NCBI GenBank assembly: GCA_963758525.1
Contig: CAVWVQ010000003.1
Coordinates: 1,568,001 to 1,632,000, forward strand
Reading direction: 5' to 3'
DNA length: 64,000 bases
Source of the DNA: an uncultured Phycisphaerales bacterium
GTDB lineage: Bacteria; Planctomycetota; Phycisphaerae; Tepidisphaerales; Tepidisphaeraceae
The notes beneath the pieces are model-generated. The model saw only the letters and a program-made list of their open reading frames with translations, was not told where the DNA came from and did no database searches. Below are positions 22,146 to 33,342 of this stretch, in pieces. Numbering within the stretch: position 1 is the first letter of the stretch; every line of letters starts with the position of its first letter. A program made the translations under genes and the position numbers.

Positions 22146-22940
22146 TCAACTCGGAATCGAGACATTGCGCTGCGGGCGTCTGCGCTTGAGTTCCGCGTCG
22201 TGCATGGCAATCCGCTTGATTTTTCGCTGGACGGGGCCTTGGAGAATCGCGGCGCTGGGGAGGCCTCGCTCCCGCGAATAATGGTTGAGCCAGGCCAGGC
22301 GCTGCGGGTCGGTGACCGGCAGGTTGCCGGTGCTGTAGAGAAACTGGGCGAGGTCTTTCACGATCCACCGGGCGCGCCGAAGAGCCCCGGAAGCCTGCGG
22401 ACGCGCGCGGTGTCAATGAGCCGCAGATCCAGATCGGCTTCGCTGTCGCCGCGCGAGCGGACGAAGAAGTGGCAGAGATACAGATCGCGGTGGTGCAGGC
22501 CGCGGGTGTGAAGCAGCGCAGCGAGTTTCGCCGTCGGCGCGAGCAGTCGGTCAAATGGGAATCCTGCTTCGAGCAGTTTGTCGGCCGGCGCGTAATCCGT
22601 GAGATTGTCGAAGATGATGAAGCTGCGATTGTCGGCGAGGGTTCCCCACCCGACCAGATCGGCGGTGGGGATTTGCTCCTGGACGACCATCTCGTGTGCC
22701 TTGACTTCGTCATGCACAGGAAGGGGGTACGGATTGCGCGGGGAATCGCTTGATGTGCCAGCGCGAAAGGTTGCCGTCGTCGTCTTCCAGATCGATGTAG
22801 CCGTTCTCGCGGTCCGCGAGTTTGCGCCAAACATGAATATTGGGGTGGTCGAAAATTGCGCGGGCGTCGAGCCCGGCGCGGCGTGCGAGCGGCTGAAAGC
22901 GCGGGGCAAGATGGAAGTGGTCCGAAGACGGATCAGCCAT
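22146..22940 (-). CDS. Lipopolysaccharide kinase (WaaP/Kdo/InaA family); frameshifts near 22730 and 22365
   Basis: LHHRDLYLCHFF, LIDTARVR, KDLAQF across three ORFs. Confidence 0.8.
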
Positions 22941-23112
22941 TACAAAATCTGCCGAAAGAAAAACCCTGGTGCACAAAGCGTAGCGTCCAACCGAATCTTC
23001 TCAACAAAACGAACGACCAAACGCCCATTCTGCCGTTGGCTTCGTGCCCGCGGCACCTATAATAGCCGAACACGCCAATGAACGAACTTTTGAATTTGGG
23101 AAAGGAATCGTC

Positions 23113-24167
23113 ATGTCTCTTCAATCTCTGATCGCAACCGGAACGAAGGTTTGGCTCGACTCGGTCGAGCCGCAACTGGTGACAAAGAACCGGGCGCTCG
23201 GCGCGACGGGCGCCACCTCCAATCCAATTATCGTGGCGGACATCGTGAAGGGCGGTCATTACGACGACCAGATCATCGAGCTGGTCGATCAGGGGTTGGA
23301 CGATGACGCGATCGCCTGGGAGTTGGACAACCGCCTGGTGAAGCAGGCTCAGGACGTGTTTCTGCCGGTGTGGGAGCAGACGCGGGGGAATGACGGATAC
23401 GTCAGTTTTGAGGTCGATCCTCTGTTGGAAGATGTCGTCAAGCCGGTGCCGCTCGGGCAGGCGGTGCAGCGGTATGTGGAACTGGGCAAGAAATGGTCGG
23501 CGGGCCATCGCAACCGGATGATCAAGGTTCCCGCGACTGCTGCCGGGCTGGCTGCTCTGGAAGACATGGCTGCTGCGGGAATCACCCTCAACGTCACACT
23601 GATTTTCTCCGAGCGGCAATATAAGCTCGCGCGCGACGCGGTGTGGCGCGGACGCAGCGCCGCAAAACGGGCCCGGGCGATCTGAAGAGCGTTTACAGCA
23701 TCTTCGTTTCCCGGGTAGACGTGTACACGGAGAAATACGTTCCTGAACTGTCGCCCGCCGCGCAGGGGCAGGTGGGCATCGTGAACGTGAAGCGTCTTTG
23801 GTGGCTCAATCAGGAGTTCTGGGCGGACAAGAAGCTTCGGCTGCAGCAGGAAATCGTCTTTGCCTCGACAGGGACCAAGAAGCCGAGCGATCCGCCCGAC
23901 AAGTACGTGGAAGCGCTGGCGGGCAGTGATATTCAAACCAACCCGCCGGCAACCAACGACGCGGTGGAAAAATTGAACAAGAAGTACACCCGCCAAGTCG
24001 ATAAGCTGCCGTCCGAGGCGGTGTTGCGCGAGATCGATGAGAAGGTGGACGTGGCGAAGCTGGAGCAAAAGCTGATGGAGGAAGGGACGGCGAAGTTCGC
24101 CGAGCCGCAGAAGGCGTTGCTGAAGCAGGTTGCCCAGAAGCGGGCATCGCTGGCGGGCGCGAAATGA
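23113..24167 (+). CDS. tal: Transaldolase family protein (frameshift near 23650)
   Basis: [52 protein letters not shown]. Confidence 0.92.
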
Positions 24168-24170
24168 GCT

Positions 24171-24317
24171 GGTGATTGGTGATTGGAACATGACCGGGAG
24201 CAGCCGAGACGTGAAAACGTGACGGTACGGAACCAGCCGAAGCCTGGAAACGTGAAACGTGACCCGAGCGGTGGGGTTACGTTTCAGCGTCTTGTCACGT
24301 TCCAATCACCAATCACC
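24171..24317. repeat. Palindromic heptamer-repeat element (GGTGATT/AATCACC with inner AAACGTG units)
   Basis: 24171-24194 pairs with 24294-24317 at 23/24 positions; starts 3 nt after the tal stop. Confidence 0.85.
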
Positions 24318-24396
24318 CGTTCGCGCGGCATCAGGCGCGCGACGGACCCTCACGAAGTCCGACCGATCACCGAGTTGTCGAGGTCCGGGTTTTTCT

Positions 24397-24425
24397 TTGA
24401 CTTCCGAAGGGTATCGCGATATTTT
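24397..24425 (+). promoter_or_regulatory. Putative sigma70 promoter for the large secreted protein
   Basis: TTGACT-17 nt-TATTTT. Confidence 0.4.
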
Positions 24426-24635
24426 CGCTGTTTCCCGCATGCGAATTGGAGGCTTGTGCGGGTCTTGAGACGCACGAGTCTCTGCTGACTCTCTGACGAC
24501 TGGGCGCTGAGCTTGAGGTGTGTTGATTTGCGGCCCTCGCCGGAATGGCCCCACTTTAGACCCCGTTTCTAGCAGATGCCTTCACCGACGCCATTCCCGG
24601 CGCTGTCGGCGAGGCTCTGAGGAGTAACACCTTTG

Positions 24636-27600
24636 ATGCACGCGCGTCATCCGTCCCCAGTCTCGAAGCGCAAACCGTTCAAACCCTGCATTCTGGAGTT
24701 TCTCGAGCCTCGCCGGCTCCTGACGACTTTTCACGGAGGAGACACGTTCGAGTTTCTCGATGCGCAGGGGAATATCGAGCGGCTCAAGTTCTTTGGGAAC
24801 ATCACCGCCGAGGTGATCGGGGGCGCGGTTCAATTAGATAACACCCTCAAGCTGGTCAATCTGCCGGGAACCCTCAACGGCGCGCCGATCAACGGAGGTA
24901 TAGGCGGCGGCAGTGGATCGCAGTTGATCGGAAACTCATCGGTCAACGGCACCGCAACCGCCGTCAGCGCTTTGGCCGCCGATGCCACGGGAAATGTCTA
25001 TTACGTTACCGAAACGCCCACCACGGTCGCCGGGCCCACGGGCAATGTCACGCAGAATATCGTGCAAATTTCCATGGTTGATCCCACGACGGGGAACTCA
25101 GTTGTGGTCGCCGAGGTTTCGGCTCAGGCGGTCGCGGCGGCGGGCGGCAGGTTCGCGGGGACCAATCCGATGGTGACCGGCATCTCCGGCGCGGCATTCT
25201 CGCCGGTTGACGGCAAGCTCTATTTCGTCGCCACCGGCGGCACCAACAATACGCCGGTCCTCTTCAGCGTCGATGTCACGCAGCAAAGCTCCGCTGCCAT
25301 TGGCGCCACGCTGACTGCCGCGACCGGCTCGTTTGGATCGGCGCCGGGCACCGCTGCCAAGGTCGGAGCGATCGCGTTTGATTCCACCGGCACCAATTCC
25401 GCTACGCTGGTGGCAGCGATCAACACCGGCAAATCGCCGATGATTGTCACGATCGATCCCACCGACACCGACAACCTGGGCACTTCCATCACCCCCACGG
25501 TTGCCGGGAAAGACATTACCGCACCGATCACTGGCCTGGCGTTCTATCCCAACACCAGCGCTAATAACAACGTCACCGCGCTGACGAATTCCACCACGAA
25601 AAGCCAGGTGTTAAGCGTCAACCTTCCGACCGGCGCGGCGACAATTCTCGGCAATTTGCCCGCCAACGGACAGAAGCAAGGGCAGAATCCCGGAGACCTG
25701 ACCTACGATGCGGCGTTGACCGATCCATTCACCGGGCAACAGGGGGCTCTGCTGGGTACTGACACCGGAACCAAGACATTCTTCTACGTCGATCCGGCAA
25801 TCCGTAGCGGCACGGACAGCATTTTCACCATCTACGTCTCTCAGTCCGACTTCACCGGCGGAATTTCCATTGCCGAGGTTCCTCCGCTGGATGTCACTCC
25901 ACGTCCCATGGAGCCGTTCGCTGATACCATCGGCGAGTTGCGCGTGACTAATGCGCAGACCGGGCTTTTGAACGCTGTCGGCGCGCCTGGCGGCACGGGC
26001 GAAGCCTTTATCGGCGCACGCACCATTCAAATCGGCACGGTCCCCAATAACGACGAGCCCATTCTCACCGGGCAGGTGACGGCGCCATTTGGCGTCCTGC
26101 CGGCAAACATCACCACGCTGCACGCGGGGCTGATCGTGGCTGGCGGACAGAACCTCGGTAACTTCCTCCTGGGCGGGACGCTTACGGGCGAAGTGAATAT
26201 CGGCGGCGCGATCAACCAGTTTTACGCCGGTTGGCTGCTCACCGGCGACGCCAGCGGGGAAGGCGTCAACGAGGTTACCGATCCGCAGAATTTCAAGGTC
26301 GCCGGCAACATTGGAAAGCTGACTGTCCTGGGCGGTATCGGAAGCGACAACGATGGCGGCGTCGCGACCACACTCCCAACATACGATACCGGCTTTGACA
26401 TGTATGTCGGCGGGACGATCGGAGCGGTGCAGAGCTTCCAGTCGATCCTCGGCGCAATTAATGCCGCCAATCTCACCGGCGTTCCAGAAAACGGGGCCGA
26501 TCAGACTGAAACGGAGATTCGCGGCGGCTCCTTTGACAACGATGAATTGGCCGGCAACGCGGATTTCAACAATGACACCTATGCGACAGCGCAATATCTG
26601 AGCAACGGGTACAACGCCGCGGCCGGCACCGATGACTCGATCATCGTCGACGGCGTCGTGCAGGACGACACGGTCAACAACGATAAGGTTGACTACTACG
26701 CGGTTTCGCTGCTTGCCGGGCAGACAATTACCGTGCAGGTGGCTTCTACCGGGGCAACCACAACGGCCGCGAATACGACAAGTGCAGTGCAAACAGGCGT
26801 GTTTGACCCGGACGGGCGCGAAATAGCCTCCGACTACAACAGGCCCGACGATGCAGCCACGGCCGGCCAGCCGTTCCAGTTCACCACCGATCGCCCCGGT
26901 GTGTATCGCTTTGCGGTCGCGCCGAGTGGTGACTCGACATTCGCGGGCACGTCGGGCGTGCTTGGCGACTTGCCCTATACGCTCTCAATCAAGAATGTCG
27001 GCCATATGGCGATCGGCGCGGTTGTCGCCAGCAATGACATCTGCGATAACACCACCGGGACCGTCGCGGGGATCGGCGCTCTCTCGGATGACATAGGCGC
27101 GATCGTTGCCGGCAAGGCCTTCGTTTCCGCTACCGGAAACACCATCGCCGTCGAGAACGGAAGCCTTCGCTCCATCACCGCCGCCACGATGGGCACCGGA
27201 ACGGCGGGGACCGATCCTGAAATCACCGTGCCAAATGGGAATGTCGGACTGGTCGAGACCACATCGGGCGACATGTATTTCAACGCCGGCTTAATGACCC
27301 CCGCCATCGGGGGCGATTACGAGCTGGTCTCTTCTGCCGGAAATTTCGCCGGTGACATCATCGCCAATGGGAACATCGGAACTGTGCGCGTGCAGAACAT
27401 GAGCGACGCGCGCGGCGCCGCGTTCTCTGCCGACGACAATCATGCCAGCGATGACGGAAGCATTAATTTGATTGACGACGCCGGCGATCTGGGCAGCGCA
27501 GCCGTCGGTGGCCCGTCCATCAAGGTCGGCCCGAACGGATCGCTGAAGTATCTGCACGTGCTCGGAACGGTTTTCCGCAACAGCCTTTTCGGGCAGACGA

Positions 27601-29792
27601 TGGCGGTTTCTGGCAGCGGGCAGACGATTACGTACGATCCCGGCGAATCCGTGCCGTTCGTCGAAGCATCCGGCGCGACTGTCACGCTCATTCCCGTTGT
27701 CACCACAGCTGTTCCGGCCCCCGCGTTGACGATCACCACCTACGGTTTGGACGAAGGCGGCTCCGCGATTGTCAGCGTGGTCTCGACCGGCGGGCTCACG
27801 GTCCAAGCCACCGGCGACGTCACGAATCAAGCGATCGGCATCGGCTCGATCGATTTGCAGGGCGAAGGGAATACGGTCACGGCAGGTACTTCGATGCTGA
27901 CACAGCACTTTGCCGGCCTCAACACCGTCGAGATCAACAGTCCTCCCACGTTGCCGATCACCGTGTCCCCCCTTAGCCTGGTCTTCAGTGGAACCTCCCA
28001 GGTTTCCGCGTTTGATGTGATGGGTGGAAGTTTCGATCAGATCGCCAATAACACGCCTGGCGGCGAAATTGTCAACGTCACCGCCGGTTCGATCGGCTCG
28101 CTCAACGGCGGCGGCGCGATCGGCTCCAATATCTCTCACAACACCGCCGCCGCGCTGCTTCCGAACAAGGTCGTGCTTAATGCGTTCCCGTTTAATGGGC
28201 AGCGAACCGGCGTGGTGGTCAGCGGCAGCATCGTCAACGTGAACCTCGCCAGCGTCGGAAACATCAGCGCCGGCGGAGATATTGGAACGATCAACGGGAC
28301 GATCAAAGCCCCGGTCTTTGCGACCGGACAGATCAACAATGTCCTCATCGGTGGCGGAATCTATCCCAGCGGCTCGGGAGCGATGTCCAACGCCGGCATC
28401 TACGCCAACGGGGTAATCGGGAACGTTGTCGGAACCAACGCCGACATTCGCGGGAATATCGCCTCAAATACCGGCATTCAGAGCGTCAATCTTCAGAACG
28501 GATCGATCATTAACGCCAACATCGACGAGATTGAAACACTCTCCAATACCGAGAATATCTTTCAGTCTGGAGTAATCGCCACCGGAACCGGTGGAACTGT
28601 GACTCATCCGGTTCTCGCCATCGGCAGCATCGTCACGAATGGAACCGGCGGTATCATCGGATCGTTCATCGAATCCACAGGTTTGGGAGTCCTTTCTGCT
28701 CGCAATGGCTTTGGGATCCTCAACACAACCATTAGCGCGACGATCAACGATGATCTCGGGAGCATCTACGCTGACGGATACGGTATCCGCCAAGTTCTGT
28801 GGGAGGGCGGATATAACGCCAAATCAATCACCGCCAACGGCAACGGCAGTCTTGAAAGCACCGCAGTCTTCTCCGATCAGGTTCGCTACAGCGAACGTGT
28901 GCAGTTTGATCCGCTCTTCGGGTTCGAGCCCAATGCCGCAACCGATATCGACTCCTTCCTCGGCGCCTCCGCCACCAACCCCGTGATTCCAGGGGTCACC
29001 GATACCGGTGTCATCGAAGACTCCACCTTCCGCGGCGGCCACCAGCTCGGCAACGTGCGCGCGTGGTCGATCCGTTCCGCCACTCCCAACGTTGCGGGCG
29101 GCGTGACCACATTCAATTTCTCCAACGCGATCGGGAGCATCGTTACCACCGGCCCGGTCAATGGGCTGAACATCATCACCGGCAAGCTCGGCACCTTCTC
29201 GACCGGTGGCGATCTGATGCATACCACCCTGACCATAGCCGGGCGCATCAACAACTTCACGGTTCATGCCAACATCACCGACAGCTCTTCCATCATCGCG
29301 CATGGCAAAAATGGCAACATCGGAAAACTCACGGTCTTTGGCAACGTCGACGGCCTCATCGAAGCCGACGGCGGAAGAATCACGAATGTCACCGTGCACG
29401 GAAGCCTCACCGGAAAGGTCCAGACCAAGTTCATTCAGAACCTGACGCTGTATCAGAATCTCGGATCCGGCTCGCTGGAAATCACCGGCAGCGCCGGAAC
29501 ACTGCGATTCATTCAGGATCTGGGCCCGGCCGGCAATACCCTCACCGTGGACGGGAATGTCAGCACGCTCAGGGTCGGCAGCAACCTGACCGGCAACATC
29601 AACGTGCTGGGCAACCTCGGCAAACTCCAGGTTGGCGGAGCAATTGTCACCGGCTCGAAGACGACCGTTGGCAAGGTTCTGCAACTCCTGCAGGTCGGTT
29701 CCGACTTCCAGGCCGGAGCCATCGTCCAGGCCCATGCCGTCAAGAAGATCAAGGTTCGCGGAGTCAACGCGGGAAGCATTGTCATCGTGTGA
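24636..29792 (+). CDS. Giant secreted LEPRRLL-motif protein with PPC-like domain and beta-helix-like repeats
   Basis: EFLEPRRLLT; DYYAVSLLAGQTITVQV...VFDPDG...GVYRFAV (PPC-like); many GNIGxLxVxG repeats; rich in G, T, N and S. Confidence 0.85.
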   Translation: MHARHPSPVSKRKPFKPCILEFLEPRRLLTTFHGGDTFEFLDAQGNIERLKFFGNITAEVIGGAVQLDNTLKLVNLPGTLNGAPINGGIGGGSGSQLIGNSSVNGTATAVSALAADATGNVYYVTETPTTVAGPTGNVTQNIVQISMVDPTTGNSVVVAEVSAQAVAAAGGRFAGTNPMVTGISGAAFSPVDGKLYFVATGGTNNTPVLFSVDVTQQSSAAIGATLTAATGSFGSAPGTAAKVGAIAFDSTGTNSATLVAAINTGKSPMIVTIDPTDTDNLGTSITPTVAGKDITAPITGLAFYPNTSANNNVTALTNSTTKSQVLSVNLPTGAATILGNLPANGQKQGQNPGDLTYDAALTDPFTGQQGALLGTDTGTKTFFYVDPAIRSGTDSIFTIYVSQSDFTGGISIAEVPPLDVTPRPMEPFADTIGELRVTNAQTGLLNAVGAPGGTGEAFIGARTIQIGTVPNNDEPILTGQVTAPFGVLPANITTLHAGLIVAGGQNLGNFLLGGTLTGEVNIGGAINQFYAGWLLTGDASGEGVNEVTDPQNFKVAGNIGKLTVLGGIGSDNDGGVATTLPTYDTGFDMYVGGTIGAVQSFQSILGAINAANLTGVPENGADQTETEIRGGSFDNDELAGNADFNNDTYATAQYLSNGYNAAAGTDDSIIVDGVVQDDTVNNDKVDYYAVSLLAGQTITVQVASTGATTTAANTTSAVQTGVFDPDGREIASDYNRPDDAATAGQPFQFTTDRPGVYRFAVAPSGDSTFAGTSGVLGDLPYTLSIKNVGHMAIGAVVASNDICDNTTGTVAGIGALSDDIGAIVAGKAFVSATGNTIAVENGSLRSITAATMGTGTAGTDPEITVPNGNVGLVETTSGDMYFNAGLMTPAIGGDYELVSSAGNFAGDIIANGNIGTVRVQNMSDARGAAFSADDNHASDDGSINLIDDAGDLGSAAVGGPSIKVGPNGSLKYLHVLGTVFRNSLFGQTMAVSGSGQTITYDPGESVPFVEASGATVTLIPVVTTAVPAPALTITTYGLDEGGSAIVSVVSTGGLTVQATGDVTNQAIGIGSIDLQGEGNTVTAGTSMLTQHFAGLNTVEINSPPTLPITVSPLSLVFSGTSQVSAFDVMGGSFDQIANNTPGGEIVNVTAGSIGSLNGGGAIGSNISHNTAAALLPNKVVLNAFPFNGQRTGVVVSGSIVNVNLASVGNISAGGDIGTINGTIKAPVFATGQINNVLIGGGIYPSGSGAMSNAGIYANGVIGNVVGTNADIRGNIASNTGIQSVNLQNGSIINANIDEIETLSNTENIFQSGVIATGTGGTVTHPVLAIGSIVTNGTGGIIGSFIESTGLGVLSARNGFGILNTTISATINDDLGSIYADGYGIRQVLWEGGYNAKSITANGNGSLESTAVFSDQVRYSERVQFDPLFGFEPNAATDIDSFLGASATNPVIPGVTDTGVIEDSTFRGGHQLGNVRAWSIRSATPNVAGGVTTFNFSNAIGSIVTTGPVNGLNIITGKLGTFSTGGDLMHTTLTIAGRINNFTVHANITDSSSIIAHGKNGNIGKLTVFGNVDGLIEADGGRITNVTVHGSLTGKVQTKFIQNLTLYQNLGSGSLEITGSAGTLRFIQDLGPAGNTLTVDGNVSTLRVGSNLTGNINVLGNLGKLQVGGAIVTGSKTTVGKVLQLLQVGSDFQAGAIVQAHAVKKIKVRGVNAGSIVIV

Positions 29793-31147
29793 AGAAGCCA
29801 TTCATCCGGATATCCGCCCTGCTCGGTCTGCTTTTGTCGGTAAGCGTCGCCTCATCGCAGACTTTGCCTGCGACCAGGCCCACCTCGGCCGCGTCAGCAG
29901 CCGTGAGTACCATTGCGGCGACGTTGCCGTCGACCGCTCCCGCAACCTCGCCCACCACGGACCCTGTCGGCGCGGCGCTGATCGACGCACTCTCAAGCTC
30001 CGATCCGCGCGATCGGCGTCACGCCGCTGAAGAACTGCTCAAGCTCGGCGAGTCCGCCCGGCCGCTGCTGGAAGATCTCCTGAAGCGCACCAAGGACCTT
30101 GACGTCATCACCCGCGCCCGGGCAACGCTCGCGCTGCTGGATGAGAATCGCATGATCGGCGCTTCCTATGTCACGCTTCACTTGAAGGACGCCTCCGCCC
30201 GCGCGGCTTTCGAGGCATTGGGGCAGCAGGGGTTTGCGCCGCTGCGCGCTTTTCCCGACAACCTTCTCGACGATTCGGCGATTGCGAAAGTAACGATCGA
30301 CGTGGACCGCCAGCCATTTTGGACGGTCATGCGCCAGTTGACCGATCAGACCGGGCTGGATCTTCAGCCTTATGTTGACGGGGTGCGCCTGATGCGCGGA
30401 ATCGGACGACCCAGGGGAGTCGCGGTGGTGCGCGGGCCGTTTCTGATCGTGGCCAACCAGATTTCGCGAATGGATACGGTGCAGCTTGGACCAGGCGGCG
30501 GGCAGCATTCTGAATTTTCGCTGCAGATGACTGCCTTCCCCGAGCCCAAAATTGTCATCGTTCAGGGCGGCACCGTGCTGGAAATCAAAGAAGCGGTCGA
30601 CGACGCGGGCAACTCCCTGGCGACCGGGTCGGCGGATCGCCGGATCTTCGCAATGGGCTCCAGCGGCGCCTGGCAGATGTACGCCCGCCTGAATTGGCCG
30701 CAGCATCCCGGGAAGCGGATCGTGCGATTCGTCTGCGCGACGACCTTCACGCTGCAGACCAAGTCGCAGAAGCTGGAGATCGCGGACATTCTGACTGCGA
30801 AGGAAACGACGCAGACCCTCGGTTCGTCTCAGATCACCTTCAAAGGGATCTCAAAAAGTGGTGAGAATTGGGAAGTGAATCTTTCTTCGAGCAATCCGGT
30901 TCCATTTCAGGAGATGATGCAGAACCGCCTGCAGCTTCTCGATGCCGCCAATCGTCCCCTCGACCGCCGAGGAATGAGCGCCCAGGGTGACGGCAACCGC
31001 ATGACCTTCCGGCTCCTGTTCGGCCCGTCCCGCCGTCCCGACGGCGGACTGACCGGGGACCCCGCCCGCCTGGTCTGGGAAGTCCCCGTCGAAAGCAAAG
31101 CCGTGCCGGTGCAGTTTGAGTTCGACGATCTGCCGATGCCGAATTGA
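29789..31147 (+). CDS. Exported HEAT-repeat-containing hypothetical protein
   Basis: GTGA overlap with upstream stop; signal peptide; LIDALSSSDPRDRRHAAEELLKLG. Confidence 0.75.
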   Translation: MKKPFIRISALLGLLLSVSVASSQTLPATRPTSAASAAVSTIAATLPSTAPATSPTTDPVGAALIDALSSSDPRDRRHAAEELLKLGESARPLLEDLLKRTKDLDVITRARATLALLDENRMIGASYVTLHLKDASARAAFEALGQQGFAPLRAFPDNLLDDSAIAKVTIDVDRQPFWTVMRQLTDQTGLDLQPYVDGVRLMRGIGRPRGVAVVRGPFLIVANQISRMDTVQLGPGGGQHSEFSLQMTAFPEPKIVIVQGGTVLEIKEAVDDAGNSLATGSADRRIFAMGSSGAWQMYARLNWPQHPGKRIVRFVCATTFTLQTKSQKLEIADILTAKETTQTLGSSQITFKGISKSGENWEVNLSSSNPVPFQEMMQNRLQLLDAANRPLDRRGMSAQGDGNRMTFRLLFGPSRRPDGGLTGDPARLVWEVPVESKAVPVQFEFDDLPMPN

Positions 31148-31157
31148 TCGCCGCGAC

Positions 31158-31490
31158 TCAGTCCGGCAGCCCCTCAATCTTCGTGGGCGCGATCCACTTC
31201 TTCCCGTCCTTCTCGGAAACAACGCCTGTGACCGTGACATTTTCAACGGGAGCCTTGCAGACCTTCTCGTGCGTGTCCTTGGAGGCATCGCTGTCGGCAA
31301 TGTAGTAGTTCACCGTGGCATCCCCCTCTTTGACTTGCAGGACACTCTGGCACTTGGCTGATTCATGCAACCCGCACTTGGCGCAGGTCATGGTCCCCTT
31401 CAGCGTGGTCGTCGTGTCGTCGGCTCGCGCGACATTGACAAACGCACTCATCGCCATCATCGCCAACCCGAAGAAGATAAGATTTCGCAT
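31158..31490 (-). CDS. Small exported Cys-containing OB-fold-like protein (DUF6370-like)
   Basis: Signal peptide; LKGTMTCAKCGL...C...HEKVC...VTVTGVV. Confidence 0.75.
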   Translation of the reverse strand: MRNLIFFGLAMMAMSAFVNVARADDTTTTLKGTMTCAKCGLHESAKCQSVLQVKEGDATVNYYIADSDASKDTHEKVCKAPVENVTVTGVVSEKDGKKWIAPTKIEGLPD

Positions 31491-31623
31491 GGCTGCCTCA
31501 TAAAAGAATCCAGACCGGACGACCGCCCGCGGCAACCGCCTCGATCTGAAACACTGTTTGGACGGTAGGTTTCACCGACACCCCCGGTCTACCGGCAATG
31601 TTATTATTTTGGTGATTCAGTAG

Positions 31624-31653
31624 CCCAAAAGCCAACGGATGGCGATCCGTTGG
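31624..31653. repeat. REP-like palindrome (same family as 5965-6200)
   Basis: CCCAAAAGCCAACGGATGGCGATCCGTTGG. Confidence 0.75.
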
Positions 31654-31755
31654 ATCTCGGTTCCGCTCGGTTCCATGGTCGCGGTGATTTACGTTGCCAA
31701 ACTCGCGGCCGGGCCGGATAATTCGGTCAGATCGCGCAGCTCAAGGACTATACTC

Positions 31756-32928
31756 ATGTCAGTGGAAACGAACTCGCCCCCCGCCGCTACGATTGCCAGC
31801 ACCCCGGCCGCGCAGACCGAGATCAAGGTTTCTCCGCGCCGCTTCACGCTGAAGGATTTTCTTAAAACCTGCGTGCAGATCAACGGCTCGGACATCCATT
31901 TGCAGGCGGCTTCGGTGCCGATGATCCGCGTTGACGGTAAAGCGCGATTCCTCGACTGCCCGCCGCCGGACAACGCGCAGATGGAGGAAATGATCGAGCA
32001 GCTTCTGCAAGGCAACGAAGAAAAGCGGAAACTGCTGCTCACCAACGGCGCGGTCGACCTGGCCTACGCGATCCCGGAAGCCGGCCGGTTTCGAGTGAAT
32101 GCTTTTCGCAGCCGTGAGCATTATGCGATCGTCATGCGCCGAATCGTGACCAAGATTCCAAACTTTACCGATCTGGGTCTGCCTCCGCAGATGGAGGAAT
32201 TTGCCAATGTGCATCGCGGGATCGTGATCGTCTCTGGCACGACCGGAAGTGGCAAATCCACGTCGCTTGCGGCCATCATCGGCAAGATCAACCGCACCCG
32301 TGCCGAGCGCATCATCACCGTGGAAGACCCGATCGAATTCCAGCACGAGAACGCCAAGTCGCTGGTCAGCCAGGTGGAAGTCGGGCAGGATTCGATCAGT
32401 TATGACTATGCGTTGCGGGCGATGATGCGTCAGGATCCCGACGTGATCCTCATCGGCGAAATCCGCGATTCGTTTTCCCTGACCACCGCCCTGCGCGCCG
32501 CGGACACGGGCCATCTGGTTTTTACCACGGTGCATGCGACCAACGCGCCGATGACGATTTCCCGATTCGTCTCGCTCTTCGACAAGGACCAGGCGGAATT
32601 GCAGCGCACGCAGCTCGGGCTGAACCTCGTGGCGGTCGTCTGCCAGCGTCTGGCGAAGAAACGCGACGGCAAAGGACGCGTGCCGGTGGTTGAAATCATG
32701 ATGGCTACCCCGTTGGTGCGAAAATACATCTATGAAGGCGAGTTTGAAAAGCTCAAAGGGACGGTCGGCAACAAGGAAGCCGGGTCGCAGAGCTTCGATC
32801 AGCATCTGACGGAACTGTTTCACAAGCAGATCATCGACGTAGCCGAAGCCAAGCGGCTCGCGAGCAATGTGGACGCCTTGAGTTTGGCCCTTCGCGGGAT
32901 TGGAAACAGCGATACGCGGCTCAAATAG
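31756..32928 (+). CDS. pilT: PilT/PilU family type IV pilus retraction ATPase
   Basis: SDIHL, RFRVN, GTTGSGKST, ITVEDPIE, MRQDPDVILIGEIRD, ADTGHLVFTTVH. Confidence 0.9.
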   Translation: MSVETNSPPAATIASTPAAQTEIKVSPRRFTLKDFLKTCVQINGSDIHLQAASVPMIRVDGKARFLDCPPPDNAQMEEMIEQLLQGNEEKRKLLLTNGAVDLAYAIPEAGRFRVNAFRSREHYAIVMRRIVTKIPNFTDLGLPPQMEEFANVHRGIVIVSGTTGSGKSTSLAAIIGKINRTRAERIITVEDPIEFQHENAKSLVSQVEVGQDSISYDYALRAMMRQDPDVILIGEIRDSFSLTTALRAADTGHLVFTTVHATNAPMTISRFVSLFDKDQAELQRTQLGLNLVAVVCQRLAKKRDGKGRVPVVEIMMATPLVRKYIYEGEFEKLKGTVGNKEAGSQSFDQHLTELFHKQIIDVAEAKRLASNVDALSLALRGIGNSDTRLK

Positions 32929-33018
32929 CAGTTCTTGCGCGGCCTAAATGCCCTATCTTGCCCGATGGCTGGCGATGGGCCTACCTTTCGATTGTGGCGG
33001 ATTGCGGGTCTTGCGATG

Positions 33019-33087
33019 GCAGGGGCGGGATTCAGCCCGCCGTTTTCTCGGCCGGCCAACGAATCGGCGGGATGAATCCCGCCCTAC
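33019..33087. repeat. Inverted pair of GTAG-type REP sequences
   Basis: GGGGCGGGATTCAGCCCGCC ... GGCGGGATGAATCCCGCCCTAC. Confidence 0.7.
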
Positions 33088-33342
33088 TCAGACCCGATCG
33101 CCACTTTCGACCGCCATACCCGGCGATGACTTTCGCCGCACTCGCTCGTCGCTTGCGACGTAATTCCTGCTACAATACTCGCTTGCTTGCCGACAACTGT
33201 TCGATAGCGAGGAGAAACAGCGGCCTCGTCGGCCAATAAACTCCCCGGGCTGAGGGTTCCTCTATTTCGTCAGCATCTTGAGTTTGCCACGCCGCATGTG
33301 CGGCTATACTTCCACTCGCACGGGAACGACTGAGAACCAACC

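Noticed and set aside
33121..33175. Fluoride riboswitch-like GGCGATGACTTTCGCC
   Set aside because: Lacks the pseudoknot partner and GCTRATGAC motif, and no crcB-type gene is nearby
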